Shown here: one piece after another, positions 35,019 to 46,491 of the stretch
How the letters are laid out: the number at the start of each line of letters is the position of its first letter
Position numbering within the stretch: the stretch's first letter is position 1
NCBI GenBank assembly: GCA_002269645.1
Contig: NIVC01001355.1
Location: 243,433 to 307,432 of the forward strand
Direction: 5' to 3'
DNA: 64,000 nucleotides
DNA from: Macrostomum lignano
Taxonomy: Eukaryota
Translations under genes and position numbers: made by a program
Notes under the pieces: generated by a model
What the model saw: only the letters and a program-made list of their open reading frames with translations
Told to the model about the DNA's origin: nothing
Database searches by the model: none

Positions 35019-35098
35019 ATGGTTTGATGAAAGGTGACTGTTTATTTGTTATTCTAGGAAATTCTAATATGCTCGCTAGGTGGCCACATTAATAAACT

Positions 35099-37305
35099 TG
35101 ATGTAACCACGCTCTGGTCGCGGGATAGGGCATGGGAACTTTTTCGAAAGTGCCTCCTATCCCGTGCACCCCCTGCACAGAGCTGTCGAGACTCGGCCAG
35201 GTCTCCGACCAGGCCTGGAGACTCCCGCTCTGCTGCACCCCTCCTGCTGCCTTGGTTCCGTCTCCCCTGCCGCCACACCTGCCTTTCCGGAGCTCCCTAC
35301 CCCTTTCTGTACCTCCCCCTCTACCCTATCTCTTCTGTTTTCCGCCCTATTCTTCCTGTACTTTCCCTATCCCCCCCTCTTTTTGTCTCCCTCTGCACTC
35401 TTTTCCTGCGCTGTCCCCTCTTTCCCTGTGTCTACTTACAGTATTTTGTGTGCTCACCGTCTCCCCATCCCCTCCAAAACTCCCAAACGGTGACGCAAGT
35501 CGTGTGACCCCTTCTCCCCCTCGGTGACTCATCGATGACTCATCCCCCTCTCTTGCGCAACCTTTTCTCACGCCATTGTTCTCCTCCACAAATTTCTCAT
35601 GCGACACCCACCCCACCTCCGCTTCTATTGTTCTCGTTTTTGCTTCTTTTGTTCTTTCGACCCCCACCAATTATCACATTTTCTCCGATTTTCTCTTTCT
35701 TTTGTTCTCGTTTTCGCACCTAATTATCACCTTTTCCCCAATGTTTACTTTTCCATTGTTCTCAGTTCTCCCCAATTATCCCCGATTTCCAATTCCTTTG
35801 TTCTCGACCCCAGCCCCATTGTTCTCAATGTTTGCTTGCGCAACACTTTCGCGACCACCCGCTGCGCCAATTATCCCCCCACCCCACCTCCGGATTGCGC
35901 AATTTCCCGATTTCTCATGTTGCTATGCCGGTCTCATGCTTCTCATCATGACTCATTCTGACGTCATTCTGCCGGCAGCCAATCAGAGAGAGGGAGCCAT
36001 GGTAACGACCTTGAGGAGACGGCTGTGAGGTCTATAAAAGGAAGCGATTTCGGCATGAAAATCCTCAACCTTTTGGGCTCCTCGTCCTTCTTTGGACTTG
36101 CTGTCAGACTGAGTTCTGACCCATTCGTCTATAAGACGAATCCCTGCCGGTCCGCGGTCTGTTACCGCCAAGTTATCCTTAGCTCCCCAAGTGAGCTCGC
36201 TTATCGGCCAGCGGTCTGAAACCGCCCAGCATCATCAGCATCGCCTGATCTACATCAGCGCCTCGTCGCTCCAGCGCATCGCCGCTTCACCGTCTGCTTG
36301 ACTGCAGCCTACAGCCGCCCTCGGGCACTCCGCCTCTCTCTCTCTCTGTGCAGCTGCCGGTAAGTTCCTGTTACTAATTTGTGCTCTAATTGCCTTTGCT
36401 TATCCGGGGTTTGCCTATTTTCCATTGTCTGATTAGAGAGCTGAGCCAATTGTGATACCGTACTTTTTGCTGTATTTTACTCAATAGTGAAGCCGCCTAA
36501 TTGCCTGATTATTCGCCTAAGGGCCTAATTATTAACTACTAACTAACTCCATCATTATTCACTCTTTAACCATCATTTCACTCATGGCTTGCTAAGCCTT
36601 TCTCCCGGGGTGGCAAAGCATAAGGAAGTTTGGGTAAGCTAATGGCCTCTCCCCGTGCAAAGCCCGCCTGTGAGTGCGTTCTGCGGGGCCGTGTGTGCGT
36701 GCAGTAGAGGGATTAGCGAGTCTTGGCACAGAATGGCAGTAGGAGGGTTGCAACCCCATGCTGACGCGTCCCTTCGCCCTGAGCAATCTAAACTATAGAC
36801 AGTACATGTTCGCCTCATACTACTCTTAGTAATCAAAGTCGTAAGTTAGCCTCGCTCACAGCCACAAAGGATCCCCTGCTGAGAAATCCTCCAGATTGAG
36901 CCCAGAGTTCCCGATCATGCCCCAAGCAGAGTCCCTGTACTCGGCTGCATGTGTCTCCCCTGTTAGCCTAAATCTCCTGGTAACCATCCCAGGCGGGGCT
37001 CTAGCCTCGAGAGGTCTGGTAGAAAGATCCAGGTGCGCCAGGTCACATAGAGTGGTGGCAGCCACTCGGTCATACTCTGACCGAGTGACCAACTATTGCA
37101 CCTTGGCTACAGGTGGGGTCCATGTGGGTCCTTGGCCCTCTGGTCACAAAGCGCTACCAAAGCTATCAATCATGTGGGCGGGACAGTCTGGTGCTGGAGG
37201 TCCGTCAGGCCATTGCCCGGTCATAGGCAGCCTACGGTCATTGCCCCCTCTAGTCATGCGTTCGTCTCTCTACGGAGCGGACAGGCGACAAGGGCGGTTA
37301 CATCA
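35099..37305 (+). mobile_element. Solo LTR (2.2 kb), probably Gypsy-type
   Basis: Termini TGATGTAACC...GGTTACATCA. 4-bp TSD AACT at 35095-35098 and 37306-37309. TATAAAA at 36033. No credible coding capacity. A second copy lies at 46492-48601. Orientation is inferred from the TATA box and splice donor. Confidence 0.8.
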
Positions 37306-38565
37306 AACTCTAATAAAGTATATTAATTCTTTCTGAAACATGTGGCTCAATTTAATGATAGCTTCTTCTGTATTGATTGTCCGATATCGTTAAATACAAA
37401 TAACATTTTTTTAAGATTAAATTAGATTTTTATAATCTGCCCAATATTCCGGCATAAGTTAATTGGTATAGTAGTGAAGCCTTAAGCCCAATAGCTTAAT
37501 TGAAATAAATAGGTGAATGAATTTCCATATTCCATATTTTCAGCTCTTTTCGGTGGTGTCTGTTTTTCAATTTACTTTTTGAGCTAAACTTGCAGGAGTT
37601 AAATGAAACAAACTGTAAAGTTTTGTTGCTCACTAGCTTTGCATTTTACAGTCCCTTCACGGAGCACAAAACAAATTTTAAATGTTAAGCAGCTGATCGT
37701 CTGTCTGTAATGGGTTTTTCCGCTGTTTTTGAACAAATTGTTTTCCTTCGCTAATTTATTGGTCTTTAATCCGCGATTTTATTTCTAAAAATGTAAGAAA
37801 TATTTCTATAATTAATTCTCGATATTGCACGTTACAACAAAAAATCAGATGTATTCTTTCGATTTAAAATATTTATTATAACATGTACGAGTATAGCCAA
37901 TATGAATGATGAATGAAAGTGTACCTCCCGATTTGCTATTGCTTGTCATATTGAAATATTTTTATTCCTAACTGCTTACTCATGCCTTGCTTATTTCATC
38001 GCCTTGCTATTGTTAAAGTACACATTTTTAAAGAAGCATATTTGCTCATTTTTATTCATTTTTTGGATGAATCGGTCCTATCGCATTGTTTCATTGCCAA
38101 TTGTTTTTGTTGCATGTTTCACAACGGTAAATGTACCCATCCGCCTTGTGCATCTTGGTGCTAAGTGTTCGTTTATGGTTTGTCAACTAAATTGTTCATT
38201 TTCTGCTGGGTAACATCTGCTAGATAATGGGAATATTATAAGGAAACAATGCAAAAAAACTTATTTTGTTTCAACTCAACTCAACACTCAAATATCTTCT
38301 TTGTAATTTCTGCGCTTACTTAGTCTTGTACACACCAATAAAGCGTATTATTTAGAGGCTTGTGTATTATACACACGTATATGTATATAACGATTTTTCT
38401 TTATTCATTTTCTAAACATCATTTAGACTAGAGTGACCATTTAGATTGCATGCTGCTTGGAACCCTCCCGACCCACAGAAACTTAGTTAGAAAGTTGGAA
38501 AACTTATGTATCAAATCAATAGTAAATATTCATCCTAATTGCCTCGTTTCAGCACAGAAAAATCA

Positions 38566-41529
38566 ATGAAGCAATCGACTTATTTTACAGTGGCTCTGCT
38601 ACTACTTTTCTGTAAGCTTGTGTGGTTTTTTTTCAATTAGAAAACTATAAATGGATCCTACTTACGGTAGTATATCAATGGCTACGCTTTTAAATTGCAT
38701 TTACAGTTGTGTTAGTCAATGCGAAAGATCTTTATTGCATCGACAGGGCGACTTATAACCAGACAGTTGACTTTAGGAGCGATTCGAGGGTAAGAAATGC
38801 TTATTTAATCGTACTTACTCTGCCTCTGAACAAAAACGCAAGTGATTTGTCTTTTTGTTGTTGCAAATTGTCTCACTTTAAGTAACAATTACGTAATGTT
38901 TACGCTCCCAGGTGATGACTTATGTTAAAGACGAGCCGGGCTACCAGGTGAACCTGCAGTGCAAGTGGATTCTGCAGCCTACCAACTACGATAAGCCCAG
39001 TCAGATGTACATTCGGGTGCCCGTTATCGACTTTGACGTCAACAATGTAACAGAGGCTCAGTGCAGCCTTTCCAATCCAAATGTTGATGTGTTCAGTATG
39101 AAGCTGAAGATGAACGATAGTAAGTGGTGGCCTAGGGAGCTGAAATGCTCATTTGTACTCGTATATCACTCATATGTCACCTCGATCCTCACTAATTTAC
39201 TAGCGTTTGTGTTTCAGTTTCAGCTGCATCATCTCTGAATGAGTTCTGGTGCTCAAACAATTCAGTGAAAGTCAAGAGCCAAATCGTGAACTTGTGGGAC
39301 TCGTGAGTGTCTTGAAGCATCTGACAGTCTTCGTTTTCCTTGGCAATTCATATTTTCATTTTTGCTTCACCTTTGCTCAGGTCGTACAAACTGGCTTTGG
39401 AGTTCCGCTCTGACGATAAGCAAGTCCGGTCCAACGCCAAGGGAGTGCAGGTGGATGTGCAGGTGCTGGGCAGAGATTATTGCCACAGGAACATGCTGTT
39501 CTTTGAGGGCTCCTGCTATCTGATAACACCTGAGCGCCTGACACCTGCTGAGGCATTCAGCATCGCAAAGAATTACCTTGGCAACGTCTTCACGGTTCCT
39601 AAAAACAGAAACGACTCAGACTTTTTCCGTCCGTTCATTCAGCGAAGTGAGCTGCTTTGTTCAGTGCTTTCTTTAACGTGGTGTGGCCTTTTCTTTTACT
39701 AATTATTGTTTGCATCTCTGCAGACTCTGACAGGCTCGAGGAGTTCCCATTTGAGTCTCCGCTGTCCCTAACCGGAAGCAAGGTGTGGACCGGCTACTTT
39801 ATCCGCTTTCTCGACAATCCAACCGCCTCGGACGTCGCCGATAACATCCTGTCTGCCCAGTTCTTGGATCCGTTGAACTATTGCATCGTTGGCAGCAGGA
39901 AGTTGACCGGGTTAGTTCTTTTTCTCTAACCTCTAAACCTCTATAAAAGAGATTGTAGCCTAGTGGTCAGAGCATCAGACTCACGACTTGAAGGTCGGGG
40001 GTTCGATTCTTGACTCACTCGGAACAATTTGTGTCCTTGAGCTAGACACTTAACTCTGCATTGCTTCGGTTCACCCATCTGTAAAATGGGTGCCTGCATT
40101 AGCTGGGGTAATTGAGGGTGTGCGTGACGACCACCCAGTCCTTGGACTGAACAGCCGTATGCAGCTTTCAGATGCGCCGCGCAATAGCTGCGTTTGAGCT
40201 GTCGGTTGCACATCTGCCCATTAAGGCAGGTGTAATCAGTTATTTTTTTTTCGACAGTACCGATTAATCTTTCTGGCTCGTGTTGGCCTAAAACTTAGGA
40301 CGATTCTCGCATAATGAGGGACAATCCTCAAGATGCAGGTTGTGTACGTGTCTGACGATGACACTGTGCCTGCGTACGTATCAGTGTGCGTGCTCGTCAC
40401 GTCCTCGTTCGTCAGCGTAAATGGTCATGACTGTCTTCCTCGCTGGCTGCGGGTCGACCGTCGCTTCGATTTCTTAGAGGCGGGGGCTGTGTTCACCCTG
40501 GCGCATTGTAAGCGACATTGTCACGCAACCGGTGAGAGGCATTACTGCCTATTTCGCCGATTCCCAAGCGCGCGGATACGTACGCAGTCATACGCACAGG
40601 CACACACTCACACGGAAGCCCTTAATGGCGTTAATTACACGAGCAGAGCGAAGCCGAGATTCCAATTTAACCCCAAAATTAATGTGACTGCATTTGGAAT
40701 CAAGCCTGTGCCGCTGGCACATAAGAACGCTGCGCTTTACCACTGCCCCCCCCCCGAGCAGCCGAGCTTTTTAGACCAATATGCCAAATCTCGTTTAAGG
40801 GTGTTTTTAGTTGCAACTGCATCGAGATATAAAGCAAAAATCCTAGTGCCGAATGAAACGTCAAGAAACGTAACTTCAGAAATAGTCAATTTAAAAATCA
40901 ATATCAGTCGAAAGAATCCTCCTAGTATTGTTGAATGTTTTATATTCATTCAGTGATGCAATTTACATTAAATTCTAGTTTCGCGTTTAGTCATTACATC
41001 AATTTTCCCGCTATTTTTGAGGCAGCTCTTGTCTTATATAGTATCTGTGGGCTTTAAACTTTTGTGAAAATTCTAAATCATACGGTACAAAAAGTGAAAA
41101 AAATGGCCCAAAACTGTCTTTTTTAGCACCCTCGGAGCCGGATTGAATGTCCAGAATAAACAGAGTCAGTGCGCCGTAGCCCTAGAATTTACCAACAATG
41201 GTGACGTGAAATTCACCTGCGAATCAACTGACCTGCGACTGCCAGCCCTGATCGAATTCAGACAGATTCCAGCTGCGAATAATGCCAGCCTGCACTCGCA
41301 GCTGTTTAGAACTTGCAACTATCTGTTAGGAGACGGCCCGTCAGCTGATGTCGGTGGATTTTCATGCAAAATTGGCTGCATTATCAGCCTGTCAGGGGCC
41401 GGCTTGGCCATTCTGTTTGTAGTTCTACTGTGCGCCTGCTGCGTCTATTGCGCCTGCTATCGGAAGCGCGACTCGCCCTGGGAAGAATTTGTTATCCCGC
41501 AACACGAAGTGGAGCCTTTTACAGCTTGA
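38566..41529 (+). CDS. Receptor B: signal-CUB-atypical CTLD-TM-short tail; exons 38566-38611, 38707-38789, 38912-39119, 39224-39302, 39381-39646, 39724-39910, 41127-41529
   Basis: Same 7-exon phase pattern as A (exon 2 is 83 nt in both). Signal MKQSTYFTVALLLLF. GYQVNLQCKWIL, FEGSCYLI and KVWTGY motifs. TM IISLSGAGLAILFVVLLCACCVYCACY. Confidence 0.82.
39954..40223 (+). mobile_element. tRNA-derived SINE family B in intron 6 of receptor B
   Basis: A-box TAGCCTAGTGG and B-box GGTTCGATTC. Homologous to 6007-6275. Confidence 0.8.
40470..40755 (-). mobile_element. SINE family A, internally deleted and diverged copy in intron 6 of receptor B
   Basis: Shares CAACCGG.GAGAGGCATTACTGCC, GCGCGGATACGTACGCAG and CCCCAAA.TTAATGTGACTGCA with the other copies. 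Confidence 0.78.
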
Positions 41530-42721
41530 TAGTCGATGGTGTAATTAATAAAGTTTGAAGTGCTGAGCTGTCTTAATCCTGCTTGTTACATGCTTCTATC
41601 CATGCTTATAAATTTGTAGACTTATTATGCTTAAAATATTCGCTTAAGGTACACGTTACCTCATCACACTACCGAGCCTGTACGTACAATCTATAAATTG
41701 TAAATAAACTTTTGGGTAGGGTGGCTCCCGCCACAGTTATAAGATCTGATCCATCGATTATTTGATTTGAATTGTTCCACCACGTGAGTTGCTTCAAGGT
41801 TTAGCGTTACAGAACACGTCATATTCGTCGAAACGTCTGTCAAATCGTAGCAAGAGTTTTTTAAACAAAAGAAAATTATTTTTGGCTGGTTGGCTGTTAG
41901 TTTTAAATAATAATACTATTACGAATAAAATAGATTTTCAATAGATCGATCATTACTCTGCTTATGCTTAGTTTGAGACATTATCTATAGTATATTCATT
42001 TGTAAATAATGAGCATACTGTTTTTACAGTTCAAGATACAGTATTTAGCTTATTTTTGCCCTGTGCAATATTTTTTTCATATTGTGCAGATGTTTAGGAT
42101 AGGTTTTTTTCTGTAAATATGATTTACCTGCACTGCAGCTACTGAGCTTACCAGCTGACCAGAATCTAGTCGAGTTTTCAATCACTGTTTTTAAGACCAT
42201 TTTTTCTCTGTAAATCAATCCATCCACTGTGCATGTAGACTGTTTTACATTTTCTCTCAACCATAGATGCACAGTGCAATTGATTTTTTGTTGTTTTTCC
42301 CATTAGTCATCTTTTACCATCTTTTACCATGCATATTTACTATTTGACCTTGTCCTTTTAATTGTAATTAAACTCTTGAATTGCACTTGTTCATCATCTA
42401 TAAAGCAATTTTTGCACCTGTCTCGCGCAGCTCTTCTTCGAAGCTTCTTCGATTTTACACCTGTAATTAAGTAATAAATTTGATAAACAAAATGCGTTGA
42501 TTGCCCGCAGATGGTTGACTTCGATGGCTTTATATTTTGTCAATTATGGCGTTGTTATAAAAAGAGCATATACCAGTACAGTTGAATATTTTTAAGCTTA
42601 CTATAAACTAATAATTTATAGGGCTATAGCTAACAAGCATAACCTTAGTTTCATTTTAGTTTTTAATAAACAATATGCTTTAGCATCCTTTGTAAAATTG
42701 TGTATTTCAGCCGTGAGAACA

Positions 42722-45526
42722 ATGCTTTTTCGATCTGTCAGCCTTACAATTTTTATTCTGATGTCCGGTAAGTTATTAAATCAATCAAATCTTAGTTTTT
42801 TTATATTTTTCGTTCATTATTTTTATAAATTTGAAAATCAAAAAGGGCTTGTCAACTTGAGCTCATAAAGTGAAGCCCGAGTAACCTATGTACACAAATG
42901 ATACGTCATTCTGCTCACAGTGACACTAGGAAGACTGGTTTGGAAAACATAGGAAAACTTAAGCTCATAAAGTAGAGTCCCTATTATCCCTTTGCTTGTT
43001 TTCCCCTATCCCAATCCAATTTTCGTCACTTTTTTGCCAAACCCAACTTTCTAGTGTCATTGTGAGCAGAATGACGTATCGTTTATGTACATAGGCTATA
43101 CGGGCTCCACTTTATGAGCTCAAGTTGACAGGCACTTTGTAAACAACTTCATAACGTGATCTTCGAGTATGAGCGGTTTTCTAACCATGAATTACTGGTT
43201 CGGGAAGTTTCTGGCTTAAAAGCATCCCGAAAATGTTAATAAAGCTAATAATTTGACCATCCGTTCTAATAAAAAATATCAGTATATTCCCTAACGCCTA
43301 ACTTCAGTAGCGACTGTCGGAGCTGAGGATCAGCACTGTATCGACAAGGCCCTTAAGGATATCAACGTTGAAATCGGTGGCGACAACCCACAGCGGGTAA
43401 ATATAAAAAGTGTTGGTTTTTCTTTGTCCATTATGCCAGCAGCAGGTTTGAGCAGTGAACCAAGTCAGGTAACACTAACGCGTCTGAATCTCGCGCACAG
43501 TGGTTCCGACAATACAATTATTGTACAATACGCCAACGTGCCTTTGCTTCGGCTTCTCGTGGGACTCACGCTTCTGAGCGCCTAATACTGAGGCATAGAT
43601 GCGTACATGTATGTACTGTATGCTGATAATGATATTGCCAGGGCAGCTGTACATGCTGTCTGCTTGTGTACGTATCCGTGTGCTTACGCGCGCTCAGGGT
43701 AAATAGGTTTTACCTCGTACTTCTTAATTATCCATTGATGTACAGCTTTTTGTTAATTAATTTTTCACTTCAGGTGATGACCTTCATTCGAGACGAGCCA
43801 GGCTACCAGGTGAAACTGCGGTGCCACTGGAATCTGCAGCCTACCAACTACGATAATCCGAGGCAGATGTACATTCGGGTGCCCGTTATCGACTTTGACA
43901 CCAACGATGTGTCTGGGGATCAGTGCAATATCTCCAATCTAGATGTCGATATTCTCACATTTTCACTGAAGCAAAATTTGAGTACGTGACTTTTAATATC
44001 AATGATCTTTCGCGTTATAAAAATAAATTCAAGCAGAACTCGGCTGTTTTTCAGGGGAAGAGGAGATTAATCCCTGTAATGGAGGCCAGAGTACGTACAT
44101 GTCGATGCAGACTTCAGGTGAGTAATCTGTGTGATTCTTTGTTTCATTTTCATTTATTTGAATTCAACTGCTTATTCTAAGCAGCAACATTGGGTCCTGT
44201 GTAATTTGCAGCCGAAGAGAAGCCACAATACATGTGCTCAAGCAAGTCATTCAAAATCAAGGAACAAATCGTGAACTTGTGGGACCCGTGAGTGTCTTGA
44301 AACATCTGTGATCTTTCGTGCATCATGTGGAATATGGATTTTGGTATTTGCTCTCTTACCTTTGCTCAGGTCGTACAAGCTGGCTTTGGAGTTCCGCTCT
44401 GATGATAAGCAAGTCCGGTCCAACGCCAAGGGAGTGCAGGTGGATGTGCAGGTGCTGGGCAGAGACTATTGCCACAGTACCATGCTGTTCTTTGAGGGCT
44501 CCTGCTATCTGATAACACCTGAGATTACACCTGCTGAGGCGTTCAGCATCTCGAAGAATTACCTTGGCAACCTCTTCACTGTTCCTAAAAACAGAAACGA
44601 CTCAGACTTTTTCCGTCCGTTCGTTCAGCGAAGTGAGCCTTTTAACATTGCTAAACATAGCTGTATGTATCTGCTAGTCGATTTTATGCAGAACATCGAG
44701 TGTCTGCATCGCGTATTGCACTAGCTAATGCAGTAGCTATTTACAGTTCTCTAACTGAAATGTTTTGCACTTCAGACAACGACAGAAGCGGTGAGTTCCC
44801 ATTTGAGTCTCCGCTGTCCCTGGTCGGCAGAAAGATGTGGACCGGCTACTTTGTGGATCTGCCAGCCCAGAGCCCCGTCAATGGCGCCCTGTTTATGAAC
44901 CCGGCTAAGAAATGCTGTCAGGAGAAGCGAAATATGACTGTGTGAGTTACCTTATAAAATATTTCTCTCAGTTTTGTTGGATCCTTGCCTTGAATTTTTT
45001 TAAGGTCATCAGTTATTGTCTTATTTATACGTATTTTAGCTACATCAGTAGCACTGTCAACCAGGCTGTGGAGCCAGTTTGTGCCGTTGCCATGGTGATT
45101 ACTAGTGGTTCCCGTGTGAATTTCACCTGCGAATCGTTGAGCTCAAAGCTACCAGCTCTGATCGAGTTCAAGCAGATTCCCGCCACCAAAGGCGACACGC
45201 ATCCGCAACTGTTCACCACTTGCGACACGCTGCCTGAGAAGCAGCTCGACACGAGTTCCGCACTGACAACACACAGCCGAGTTACTACAGCCGAGCCTCA
45301 GTCTACAAGGACTGTCATTGTTATCGTGGTAGTTGTCTTGTTCGTCGCTATTTTAATCGCCGTAATTGTCGTTGCCATTGTAATATTCTTCAAAAGAAGA
45401 GCCAACCCGCAAAGCGATGGCCAAACTGAAGCTGAGACTCCTGCTGGACCGGAGAAAGTGCCTCTGAATGCACGCGGAGAGGATGGGGAGGCTTCTCAGC
45501 CGAGCAAGACCGACCCGACAGTTTAA
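42722..45526 (+). CDS. Receptor C: signal-CUB-atypical CTLD-S/T stalk-TM-tail; exons 42722-42767, 43308-43396, 43774-43981, (44055-44117), 44212-44287, 44370-44632, 44776-44941, 45040-45526
   Basis: Same phases as A and B; exons 1 (46 nt) and 3 (208 nt) are identical in length to B. Signal MLFRSVSLTIFILMS. TM VIVIVVVVLFVAILIAVIVVAIVIFF followed by KRR. Confidence 0.82.
42847..43133. mobile_element. MITE-like element with ~100-bp imperfect TIRs in intron 1 of receptor C
   Basis: TGTCAACTTGAGCTCATAAAGTG...ATACGTCATTCTGCTCACA is mirrored by TGTGAGCAGAATGACGTAT...CACTTTATGAGCTCAAGTTGACA. No clear TSD. Confidence 0.72.
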
Positions 45527-45894
45527 AATTCATATTGACGAGAAAGAAGTTGAAAGCGAATTGTTTGAATTAGTTTGTTAATTTTAGCTTAACAGTTTAT
45601 TGCTGTGTTGTATGCTTATACATAAAAATTAAGAAAATAAAACCCCGTGGAGTGTTGCTGATTTTTCTGATTATTATAGTTTACCGTTGTATTAGCATCA
45701 TGACGCACCGTTTTTCAAGCTTAGACCTTCGATTGTAATATTAACGTTGACTATATTTTATTCATATTAGTTTATTCTATTTACGTTTAGCGTTTTCTCT
45801 GGTCCTCGCGCAAAACAACTGAGACCCTAAAAGCAAAAGCAATCAAACATTTGATTCCTTGATTTCAACTTTTGGTCGCAGTGTTTTTGCGTTC

Positions 45895-46012
45895 GAGGCC
45901 GAGGGCACGAGTTTGTCCGAATTTCGGCCACTTATAGTTAGGTGCTTTTTCAGCCAGTTGTCCAAACGCGTCTACTAATGACCGAAATTCGGACACTCGT
46001 GCCCTCGGCCTC
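45895..46012. repeat. 118-bp hairpin with ~36-bp near-perfect arms
   Basis: GAGGCCGAGGGCACGAGT(TT)GTCCGAATTTCGG versus CCGAAATTCGGACACTCGTGCCCTCGGCCTC. Confidence 0.85.
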
Positions 46013-46491
46013 ACCGTCAACCTGCAACCGGCCACTTTTTGTTGACTTGGACAAGTGGCCGAAGAAGCGTCTACACTTTATTAGTTGCCGAAATTGGGAT
46101 ATTTTCGGCCTCTTTCCGTACACTTACAACTAGCCATTTATTTCGGCACATGGTCGCCACGGATCACGGCTTGGAATCTAAACAAAACTTTGAGTGAAGT
46201 TCGTGTAATTTATATATTCATTTTCTGTATAATGCCTACTATATTTTACCATTTTACATTTTATCTTACTTTTTACCCCTTTTTATTGTAACTAGGGATT
46301 TTCTATAGCACTATAGAGTGTTATTTTATTACCTTTGCTAACCTGACCATTTTTAAAACACACTTTATGGGCTCTTACAAACCTTATCTATCTTTATGAA
46401 TGTAGATATTGAAGATAATTTAACCTGATAAATTGCTTGCGAAATTTAGCGTCTGACACCTCGTATCCAAAATTATCTTATTTATGTGTCT

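Noticed and set aside
35132-37336. ORFs of 60-290 aa within the two LTR copies
   Set aside because: Frames and stops are not conserved between the copies, composition is low-complexity, and no gag/pol motifs are present.
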